In this document: one piece after another, positions 9,741 to 18,577 of the stretch
Position numbering within the stretch: the first letter of the stretch is position 1
Layout of the letters: each line of letters opens with the position of its first letter
DNA from: Candidatus Harpocratesius repetitus
Lineage (GTDB): Archaea > Asgardarchaeota > Lokiarchaeia > Sigyniarchaeales > Promethearchaeaceae
Direction: 5' to 3'
Length of the DNA stretch: 32,000 nt
Assembly: GCA_021498095.1 (NCBI GenBank)
Contig: JAIZWK010000001.1
Location: forward strand, 3,570,001 to 3,602,000
Made by a program: the position numbers and the translations under genes
The notes under the pieces: model-generated
The model's input: the letters and a program-made list of their open reading frames with translations, nothing else
Told to the model about the DNA's origin: nothing
Database searches by the model: none

Positions 9741-10897
9741 AAATTATTCGAGTAATTGATGCGTGTTATCCTGTTATTAATGGAACAACTAAGGAAGCAT
9801 TCTGTTTTTCAAATGAATTAGAAAAGAGAAATATCGAATCTCCCATTTTTACTAGTAACATAGGAGCTAAAAATCTACCAAAAATGCAAAGAATAGAAAA
9901 TGTATTAATTGTAAGGTTCAAAATAATTTTCAAGTTTTTTCGTTTTTTTATTACACCAAAAATGAAAAGGGAATTACGTTCTCAAACTGCAGATATCCTC
10001 CATATTCACAATTACAGAGGTTATCATTCTCACATTGCATATAAAATTGCAAAAAAGATGAAAATACCATATGTTATTAATCCTTGTGGAAGTTTATTAG
10101 GTTATAGAAAATATCTTAAAGGAATCAAATCTTTACCCTATAAATTATACGATTTTTTGACTCAAAAGAAAGTGATTTTGGATGCAAATAAAGTTATTGT
10201 AGAATCCATTGATGAATTTAATGAGGCGGTTGATTTTGGAGTTCTTAAGCACAAAATTACTTTAATTCCCATGGGGATTGATGTGAAAAAATATCTCACT
10301 AATCGAACTTTTCATGAAATTACAGAAAAACAACCTTTATGTCTCTTATTTGTTGGTCGTATAGCTAAAAATCGAAATCTTGAGCCAATTTTAAAGGCCA
10401 TGCAAAATTTAACAAATGTGGAACTTAGAATTGTTGGTGAAGAAGTAACCATTTCATCTATGCTTACTTCAGGTTATTTATCTGACTTGAAAAGATATGT
10501 AAAAAATCATAATTTATCAGAAAAAGTTTTATTTATTGGCCCAAAATATGGAGATAAATTAATTGAAGAATATAAAAAAGCCGATTGTTTTATTTACACA
10601 TCGCTATCTGAAAATTTTGGTCAAACAATTCAAGAAGCTGCGGCTGCAAATTTACCTTTAATTTGTACTCCCGTTGGATTTGCAAAAGAAATAATTATCC
10701 CTGGAAAAACAGGATTTTTCGTTGACTTTGAAAATCCAAATTTAATTGTAGATGTAGTTAATAAATTAAAATCTATTGAATTAAGAAGGACGATTAATGA
10801 AAATCTAAAAAAAGTTATGCAGAAATCATATGATTGGGAATCAGTAATTAAGAAATATATAAGGATATATACTAATATATGTGATGTAAATAATTGA
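9737..10897 (+). CDS. Glycosyltransferase family 4 (GT-B fold)
   Basis: DILHIH, IPMGID, LFVGRIAKNRN, SLSENFGQTIQEAAAANLPLI (EX7E), YDWESV. Confidence 0.93.
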   Translation: MKIIRVIDACYPVINGTTKEAFCFSNELEKRNIESPIFTSNIGAKNLPKMQRIENVLIVRFKIIFKFFRFFITPKMKRELRSQTADILHIHNYRGYHSHIAYKIAKKMKIPYVINPCGSLLGYRKYLKGIKSLPYKLYDFLTQKKVILDANKVIVESIDEFNEAVDFGVLKHKITLIPMGIDVKKYLTNRTFHEITEKQPLCLLFVGRIAKNRNLEPILKAMQNLTNVELRIVGEEVTISSMLTSGYLSDLKRYVKNHNLSEKVLFIGPKYGDKLIEEYKKADCFIYTSLSENFGQTIQEAAAANLPLICTPVGFAKEIIIPGKTGFFVDFENPNLIVDVVNKLKSIELRRTINENLKKVMQKSYDWESVIKKYIRIYTNICDVNN

Positions 10898-11457
10898 TTT
10901 AATATTAAGGGGAAGAGACTATTGGGTGTTTTAAAAAAATCTAGCTTTGTTATCAAGGATAAAAATTAAATCCCTCGACCTTTTCTTTGGAATTCTTTTT
11001 GTTTATTATTTACAATCTTGTCAAAAAATAAAGATTTTGGCAATATTGACCAATAAAAACATTAAATAGTTGTATTGCCCCAATTTTGATAAAAACACAT
11101 ATTTAGGTAAACTTTATGCCTGACTATTCCAATTTGGATGATTTTTGATGAATTAATATTCTTCACAGCTTGAAGATAAATGGATCAAAAAATAGGAACA
11201 ATTTCCAATGTTTTCATATAGGACCCCTTATAAAAAGCGGATTTAATTAAGGAAATCCATGAAAATAACAACGATATTTATATACTAAATGCGGAAAACA
11301 TATTGCAAATGAAGTAAACCATCATCATTTTCTTGTTTACCAAAATAAACTTAAAATAATTATTTACAAATTATTTGTAGGACCTCAGTTTTTTGATCAT
11401 CTTCCACTTATGTGATATAAGAAAAGTCTTTAAATTTCCCTCCTTCTTTGCACAATT

Positions 11458-12635
11458 ATGACTGTTTGGCTCGGGTTCTTAGGTAGGTTCTTCATTTTTG
11501 GGATCGTAGTTTTTTTTGTGGAAGCGAGATAATCGCATTCAACGAGATTTTATAAAAACGAGAGAATTACTTCAAACAAAAATTAATGATCTCGAAAGTA
11601 AAAAAAACAAATTCTATAACAAGCTACTGTTGTCAAGAAGCTAAAAACAGAAAAAGCCGTGATAGAAGCCAAATATCAAAAAAAACTCAAGGCTACCGAA
11701 GTCAAGAAGAAAAATCTCGTAAAATACCGGCAAAAGAAGAAAAATACACGGTCGATTAAGAAGCAGGCAAAGGATATCGTGGGAAAAGGATCAAAATAGT
11801 TGCTTCATTCATGTCAGGAACCTACATCGCATATGATTGGGAAACCTAAAGGGGCCAAAGGCGGTGGTCGCAATCGTCCAGAAAAAATCCATCAGACAAT
11901 AGATCTTTATCCTCAATACTGTCCCAACTGTAATTCTTCACTAACAGAACTAAAAGCATATTTTGTATATGACAGAAAATTGACAGACCTTTCTAGAGAA
12001 AAAGATGAGGTTGGTGCTTATGGTGTTCTCCGAATCCGTAATATTCAACAAAATATTCATCGCCGAAAGTGTCCCGTATGTAATTACTGGGTGTATCCAG
12101 ACCAAGGCCTTTTCAAGAATGCCCGTTTCGGTCCAGGTTTAGTAGCCTATATCATGACAAAACGGATTCGGTTTTGTATGACATATGAAAATATTCTCGA
12201 GGAAATGGAGGATATCTTTGGATACGAATTTTCTGTTAGCGTGACTGAAATCATTAATTAGTTCTATCGGTTTGAAGAACGAATCCAAGCCATCTACGTG
12301 CAATTAGAAGAACTACATAAGCAAGAGTCGTTTACGCATATTGATGAATCAGGTCTTCCAATGCAAGGAAAAAACTGGTGGCTTTGGGTAATTTTTACGG
12401 CGAATATCGTAATATATCGGCAGAGCCACATAATAGGACATACTACAATTAAAGATTTTATTGAAGGCTTTCAAGGAACGATAATTGCTGTTTTTTTCAG
12501 TGCTTATAAAAAATTTGACGATAATGACCAACAGAAATGTTTGGCTCATCTTTTAAGTGATGTCATTGAATTAATTGTCGGACTCCAAAAAGAAAATGAA
12601 CAGATCGAGCGCAAAATCCAGAAACATGAGATGAC
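11458..12635 (+). pseudogene. IS66-family transposase (TnpC-like), multiply disrupted and 3'-truncated
   Basis: Coiled coil, GKPKGAKGGGR, zinc finger CPNC...HRRKCPVC, ARFGPGL, HIDESG, NWWLWV, QQKCLAHL. In-frame TAGs at 11797-11799 and 12259-12261 and frameshifts upstream; cut by the MITE at 12636. Confidence 0.9.
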
Positions 12636-12884
12636 GGGGGCAATCCGACAAAAATATTTGAATAGTAAAAAAAACAAAGCATTAAAGTCCAATTGTAAAT
12701 TCGACAAAAAAAGTGCACCTTTTCATCAGCCCCTAAATCGACTAAATGCATTGATTATTATTTCTTGGTAATCTTCAGGAAAGTAGGCACCAAAATAAGC
12801 CGATCTGTTCATAAATTCAAATAAAAATAGGAATCCATGCTTTTTAAGTTTCATAAAAAAAAGAAATTTTGTCGGATAACCCCC
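12636..12884 (-). mobile_element. 249-bp MITE-like internal-deletion derivative of the IS family at 18578-20400
   Basis: Ends GGGGGCAATCCGACAAAA (12636) and TTTTGTCGGATAACCCCC (12884). 12732-12884 is a close reverse-complement match to 18578-18730, and 12636-12731 matches about 20300-20400 more loosely. No target duplication found. Confidence 0.88.
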
Positions 12885-12886
12885 CA

Positions 12887-13006
12887 TATGTTACTGATTT
12901 TGTGCATACTATTCAGAAACGTACAAGAATATATATTTCATACATTAAAGAAATTGCGTATTTAAAAAAATTCATAACAAAAGATCAATTAGATAAATGT
13001 ATATAA
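12887..13006 (+). pseudogene. rfbA: Orphan 3' tail of glucose-1-phosphate thymidylyltransferase
   Basis: Translates as YVTDFVHTIQKRTRIYISYIKEIAYLKKFITKDQLDKCI*, aligning with [33 protein letters not shown] of the rmlA copy near 28.6 kb. Confidence 0.8.
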
Positions 13007-13061
13007 AAATATACTAAAAAAAAAATAAAAAAAAATCTTCAAAATTTGTGAGGAAAGGAAA

Positions 13062-13964
13062 ATGTTTACTTCGAAACGCTTTTTCTTTTGCATTGGTGCT
13101 CAAAAAGCAGGAACTAGTACAATACATGAAATATTAAGAAGCCATCCTGAAATCTATATGCCAATTTCAGAAGCACCCTTTTTTTATTCTGATGACCTTT
13201 TTAATAAAGGAACTCTTTGGTTCAAAGAAAAATATTTTAAAGATTATAATAATGAGACCATTTTGGGTACGAAAACCCCTGAATATATATATATTACTGA
13301 ATCTATAAAAAATATTCAAAAAACATTTGGAAATAATGTTAAATTCATTCTCTCTTTAAGAAATCCTGTTGATCGAGCATTCTCCCATTATTTAATGACT
13401 TATCGAAGAGGTCTTGAAAATTTACCTTTTTTGCCATCACTTTCAATAGAAAAAGAAAGAATAGAAAAAAGTATTTTTAATAAAATTCATTATAGTTACA
13501 TAACCAGAGGTTTATATTTCATCCAAATCAGAAATTTTCTAAAATACTATGATAGAAAAAAACTCTTTATATTAATTTTTGAAAAAGATTTAATAAATGA
13601 ATCTATGCGAATTAAGACATTTAAAAAAATTCAAGATTTTTTATCAATTAATCAAATAAATTTAAATACAAATATAAAAAAAAATCCTGCATCATTACCC
13701 AGAAACCTTTTTTTTAGCCGAATTAAAAATGACCCTCAAAAATTTAAAATATTTAGACAAAATCTTCCTAATATTCTTAAAAATAATAAATTAGTTGATT
13801 CCTTTTTAGAGAGTATTGAAAAAAAAAATTTAACAACAAGCAATAATATTATCGACTTAGATATTAAAAGAAAAAGATATTATTATAACAAATATTTCAA
13901 GAAAGATATTGAAAAATTAGAAAATTTACTTAGAATTAATTTAGATATTTGGAAATTTATATAA
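13062..13964 (+). CDS. PAPS-dependent sulfotransferase (Sulfotransfer_1/3 type)
   Basis: 5'-PSB loop IGAQKAGTS, HPEI...EAPFF, KTPEY, 3'-phosphate motif LRNPVDRAFSHY, RGLYFIQI; GAGGAAAGGA immediately upstream of the ATG. Confidence 0.92.
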   Translation: MFTSKRFFFCIGAQKAGTSTIHEILRSHPEIYMPISEAPFFYSDDLFNKGTLWFKEKYFKDYNNETILGTKTPEYIYITESIKNIQKTFGNNVKFILSLRNPVDRAFSHYLMTYRRGLENLPFLPSLSIEKERIEKSIFNKIHYSYITRGLYFIQIRNFLKYYDRKKLFILIFEKDLINESMRIKTFKKIQDFLSINQINLNTNIKKNPASLPRNLFFSRIKNDPQKFKIFRQNLPNILKNNKLVDSFLESIEKKNLTTSNNIIDLDIKRKRYYYNKYFKKDIEKLENLLRINLDIWKFI

Positions 13965-14039
13965 TCAATCATGTAAATAGATGATTTTAATTTTGGATGA
14001 TCAATTCATATATCATCCTATTTTTTATTTGGATTAAAT

Positions 14040-14270
14040 TTTTATATAAACTTACAACAAAGATCCCAAAATTTAAACGTTTTCGTCATGAATATGCTTG
14101 TGCATATGCTTTCTTACCATGTTCAGTAAATCTTACAAAGCTCACGTTCTGCTTTGAAATAATGTACATCATTTCAACAAGTGGAACGAATTTTTAATTC
14201 ATGCTACAGAATTACAAAGCTCAATGGAATATTAGATTGAAAAATTATAGAATTTTTCGTTAATGATTAT
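14040..14270 (+). pseudogene. Possible degenerate class I SAM-dependent methyltransferase fragment
   Basis: Stitched over frameshifts: AYAFLPCS...NNVHHFNKWNEFL..CYRITKLNGIL, resembling the LPF / LHH / RVLKPGG pattern. Weak. Confidence 0.35.
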
Positions 14271-14781
14271 TTAATAATTTCACCTATATTGCTTTATCAG
14301 TAAAAAAAATAACTGTAAACATTTCATAGTGCTTCTTTTGTTCATACATTACTTAAAATGTTTTTAAAAGATTGTTTGATTATTTAAACACGGAAGTATA
14401 GTTGGAAATCAACCATCATAGCAGAAAAAAGAAGAAATCAATACAATATATTGGAAGTATTACCCAAAAAGAACAATTGGTGCCTAATGGAGAGCAAATT
14501 TGTAAATATTGTAATTCTTTTCAAATTTAGCAAATTAAAAAGTTAAAAACTTATATCTTTGATGCTTAATTAGAGTTTGTGCTCAGTATCAGATAAATTT
14601 TCAAAACTATTATGGTAGTTGTGGGTGATAATAGCAATTATTATTATGGAAGTGATTACTAACTTGAAAATCAATATATTATTAAGATGAAAAAATCTCC
14701 TGAACCTCCAGACAGCAAAAATTTTGTTAGGTAATGATTCATAGTTAAAATATTTCACTCTTAATTAGTGCTAAAAACATA

Positions 14782-15053
14782 ATGAAGAAACATATAAATG
14801 TAATACTCATCTTAAATCGCATTGATAGGCTCATTTCGAATGAAATTCATATCGATTTTCTCATGAGAGATCGTTGGTTTCTGATCTTTGAATTTTTAGC
14901 TGAATTAAAGATTCGATCGATAGAATATATAAAATCCTATAAGAAATTAAGCCGAATTAAGATGAAAATTGCCAATTATCTAAATAATAGAGGCGAATAT
15001 GTTCGGAAGAATGAGATGAAAGGCGTATCCTTGAAATTTTATTATCAAAAAAA
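14782..15053 (+). pseudogene. ISH3/IS4-like transposase fragment truncated by the adjacent IS
   Basis: IDFLMRDRWF...LAELKIRSIEYIKSYKK parallels IKVCVIDREY...RSFKNRGIPVITPAK in the element at 26.6-27.1 kb; ends at the neighbouring terminal repeat. Confidence 0.5.
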
Positions 15054-16812
15054 AACATGATCTTTAAAAGTTTTTTAATTTTTTTTTTAGTTGAATCTTG
15101 AGGTTCATATCGCTTTAACATGGCTATTTTTCCTCCGATTGAAGATTACCATCGTTTTCATTCTTTTTTTTGTATTTGTATCAATCTCGTTAACTCACTC
15201 ATCACAATATCTCTTAAATAAGATCCTTTCATGCAATCCAAGTATTTTTGAACTTCTTTTTTAGGGACATATTGCTGTTTCAACTCAAATTCACCTCGAA
15301 CTCTAATTTGACAACTCACATTAGGCTTCCAACTTCTTGCAATATACTTTTGCTTTTCCTGACCAAATTGCTCCTCCATTTTTAAGTTAGTTCGTCATTG
15401 TACAAGAAAATCATAATAACTGAACAATCCTGAGCTATAGGAACTGTGAAGGCGTATCCATTGTTCTTTTATTTCAATAAATTTGGCATCTTTTTTTGGA
15501 AGAAATGATTTGATGGACTTTAATGGTTTTCTTTCTTTCTCGATACTTTTCCATAATTCTTTGAAGAGTTTACTTAACTTTTGCTCATGTTCAGTTCTAA
15601 ATGTATACATTTTTAGATTTAATACTGCTCTTATTCATTGGAAATCAGAAAATAACGATTGACAAACGAGATAATTCGCTTTTTGATCATCTAACACGTC
15701 AGTTAATTTATCTGCTGTATTAATTAAGCTTTTATTTATTCGATGATTAGGGTCTTTTAACTCACAGATCTCTATAATTTCATCCCAATATTTTAAAATT
15801 CGAGAAAAAGACATTATCCCTCGCAATTTTTCGAATTTTTTGGTTCTTGATTTCACCAGTTTCTGAAGATCACTCTCAATTGTAGCAAAATGCTTACGAA
15901 AATTCACAGTATCAATGTTTGGAATCTTTCTGGTTTCAGCTTTTCCTATGGTGGTAATTGGAAGATGGTTGATTACTTTTGATAATTGTTTTTGCATCGA
16001 GCTGTCTTTGATCTCCAAGAAATTCCACCAATTTTGCAAAAAATGAAATTGACAGTATTGATGAGGTATTTTGGAGTAATATTCATTATGTATTTTTACG
16101 ATCGACCCTTGTTTATCAGAAAGAATACTTGAAAGTTGCACATCATATGATTGTAGGATGTTTTGGATACATTTATACAACGTAATATGGTCACTTGAGT
16201 GTAATAATTGCACATCCAATACTCGATTACTAATTAATTCCACAAAAAGTCATAATGCATCTTCGCCATCTTCAAGTTTTTGACCATCCAAACTTAATAG
16301 AATTTTTCTCTGCTCAGAAATCAGTTTTTTAGTTTTTCTGTCAATTTGATGAGAAAGATAACAACTGATTTCATCCATAATATCTTGAATTGTCTTTTCT
16401 GAGATCTTTAGACCAAATTCATTCAAAATGCGATGTTGAGTTTGCGTAGCATTCATGTTCTATGTTTTAGCTTCACGTCCGATCCATTTCAATACTGAAT
16501 ATGAATATTTTTTCTCTGGAAATATATATGTAGGGGCTGGATTGAATGGATGAGTATAGTTATAGCATGAGGAATTACGACACCTATAATGATACCGTAG
16601 TTCTGAAAAGTATGATGAAAATCTTTAACACTCTTTTTTCGACCAAGATAGAGAAATTCCACAAGATTATGGCAAAGTGGACATTGTTTGTTCAAATACT
16701 TGGGGTAAGTTGTGTAGATTAGTCTTGAAACCATAGAGAGTGCCATAAAAAGAAAAAGGAAGTGCTAGTTTTGAACTTTTCGAAAAACTAGATCACTTTT
16801 AAAGTTCATGTT
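15054..16812 (-). mobile_element. ISNCY/IS256-like insertion sequence, about 1.76 kb
   Basis: 18-bp inverted repeats with one mismatch: AACATGATCTTTAAAAGT (15054-15071) and the reverse complement of 16795-16812 (AACATGAACTTTAAAAGT). No target duplication seen. Confidence 0.8.
15158..16746 (-). pseudogene. DDE transposase with N-terminal Cys zinc finger, broken into five ORFs
   Basis: CPLC...YRCxxxxC, LSLDGQK, ILSDKQ, HQYCQFHFL, GLFSYYDF, RTNLKMEEQFG. ORFs 16250-16456, 15635-16243, 15395-15610 and 15158-15379 share a frame and are separated by single stops; one frameshift in 16489-16746. Confidence 0.88.
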
Positions 16813-16899
16813 ATTTTAAATTATTATTTGATCAGACCCCATCGCCTTTTTCTTATATTTTTCAAAAAGCTTTTTAGATTTCTTATAATAAAAAAAATA

Positions 16900-18417
16900 A
16901 TGATTGGAAGAAAAGCCCTTCTTGCATTAGGCTCACAATTATTAGTTAATTTTTTACATGGAATTACCTACATAATTGCGATCTCAAGGTTCATTCCTAC
17001 AGATTTTGGTTATTATCAAGTTGCTATATCATTGATGTCAATTTTCACCATTATTACAAATTTAGGCTTTCAAATGGTTCACCTAAAAATTATGTCTGAA
17101 GATAAAAATAGTAATCAAGTTTTTTCTGTTTTTTTTTTCATTAAATTCATTTTGATAATAATCGCTTCAATTTTATTATTTATATTTGTTAAAATTCAGA
17201 TGAGCAGAGGTTTATTGATTGATTCAAAAATACAAATTATAATTATAATGATCGTTTTTTGTCAAAATGTATTAGATTCTGTCAGTATGATATATTTCCT
17301 AAGTTTCCAAGCAAAAATGCAAATTGCTAGAATGCAAATTCCAATTTTAATAGGAATTTTTATTGGTACTGTCTTTTCTTTAGTTTCCATCTTTTTTTTT
17401 GCAAGTTTTATTCTTTATATTGTAGGAAACTTATTTAGTTCTTTGATAAAACTTCTATTATATATATTTTTAGGAGGGGAGTTTAAATTAAAAAAAATTA
17501 ATATTGGAATATTAAAAAGATATTTTGCATTAAACTCTATTTTTGCTATCTCTATTATATTAAACAACCTAACATTGAATTTAGGCCCATTTTTCTTTTT
17601 AAAATATTATGATGAAAACCTTTTAGGAGTTTATAACGTGATTTCAAGTTTCTTTTTGATGATAGGGAATTTCCAAAACAATTTTAGACTTTTGATAATA
17701 CCCAATTATTCTAAATTATTCTTAAGTGATAAAAAGAAAGAACTTCAAAATTTAATTGATTTATATGAAAAATATTTGTTAATAATAAATGGAATTTTAA
17801 TAATATGCGGTATTTTATTTGCGAAATATGTTTTTAAAATAATTGGGGATATTTATTATGAGAAAGGTCTCTTATTATATTATGGATATCTTTTAGGTTT
17901 AATGGTTATTCCCTTGCAAGGCTCGTATTCTCCATTACTTTTTATATCTGAGAAATTAAAATTCTTTACTTTATTATCAATAATAAATTTTCTATTTTCA
18001 ATTATTTCCTGGATAATTTTTATTCCATCCTTAGATATTTTGGGAATCAACCTTGGTAGTTGGATTTTTTTTCTACCAAATATTATTTTAATTCGGATAT
18101 ATTGTATAAAAAAGCTTAAACTAGGATATTTCCAAAAAGAAGAACTTTCGCATTTATTAATTTTAGTGCTCCTTTTCATATCTTGTTTTATTATTGTCAA
18201 ATATGAAATCAAGTTTTTTTTTCTTGTATTACTAACGTTTTCAATATTTATTTTATATGCTATTTTTTTATTTAAAAAGAAAATTTTAAGTAAAGCAGAT
18301 ATCAGTTATATTAAGGATATGATCAATCCAAAAAAAATGATCGAATATATTGGTTCAGAAATCAAAAATGAAAAAGTTGTTGAGACAAAGGTTATTAATA
18401 AAATAGATGATTTTTAA
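16900..18417 (+). CDS. Wzx-type oligosaccharide flippase (MOP superfamily)
   Basis: About 505 aa, hydrophobic throughout; IAISRFIPTDFGYYQVAIS...NLGFQ N-terminus and mid-protein LLGVYNVIS typical of polysaccharide flippases. ATG at 16900 preferred over TTG at 16828. Confidence 0.88.
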   Translation: MIGRKALLALGSQLLVNFLHGITYIIAISRFIPTDFGYYQVAISLMSIFTIITNLGFQMVHLKIMSEDKNSNQVFSVFFFIKFILIIIASILLFIFVKIQMSRGLLIDSKIQIIIIMIVFCQNVLDSVSMIYFLSFQAKMQIARMQIPILIGIFIGTVFSLVSIFFFASFILYIVGNLFSSLIKLLLYIFLGGEFKLKKINIGILKRYFALNSIFAISIILNNLTLNLGPFFFLKYYDENLLGVYNVISSFFLMIGNFQNNFRLLIIPNYSKLFLSDKKKELQNLIDLYEKYLLIINGILIICGILFAKYVFKIIGDIYYEKGLLLYYGYLLGLMVIPLQGSYSPLLFISEKLKFFTLLSIINFLFSIISWIIFIPSLDILGINLGSWIFFLPNIILIRIYCIKKLKLGYFQKEELSHLLILVLLFISCFIIVKYEIKFFFLVLLTFSIFILYAIFLFKKKILSKADISYIKDMINPKKMIEYIGSEIKNEKVVETKVINKIDDF

Positions 18418-18577
18418 ACCTAATTGGCTTAACATATGTAATATATAATTTTTTTTCTTTTCTGGATTTTTTTCTCATTATTTTTGATTTATTTTTACCT
18501 TTAAGTTAAGTAGACTGCTCCATTGGCTCAAATTTGATTCTTCTTTCATTTTGTGCTATTTTTCAAAAGAAAAGAAT

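Noticed and set aside
10960-11440. Broken reading frames between the GT4 and the IS66 remnant.
   Set aside because: Looks like eroded coding DNA but no family motif could be recognised.
12563-12751. 62-aa and 63-aa ORFs at 12563-12751 and 18638-18829 as small proteins.
   Set aside because: The first is the transposase C-terminal remnant inside the MITE running into IS66 antisense; the second is antisense to the IS left end.
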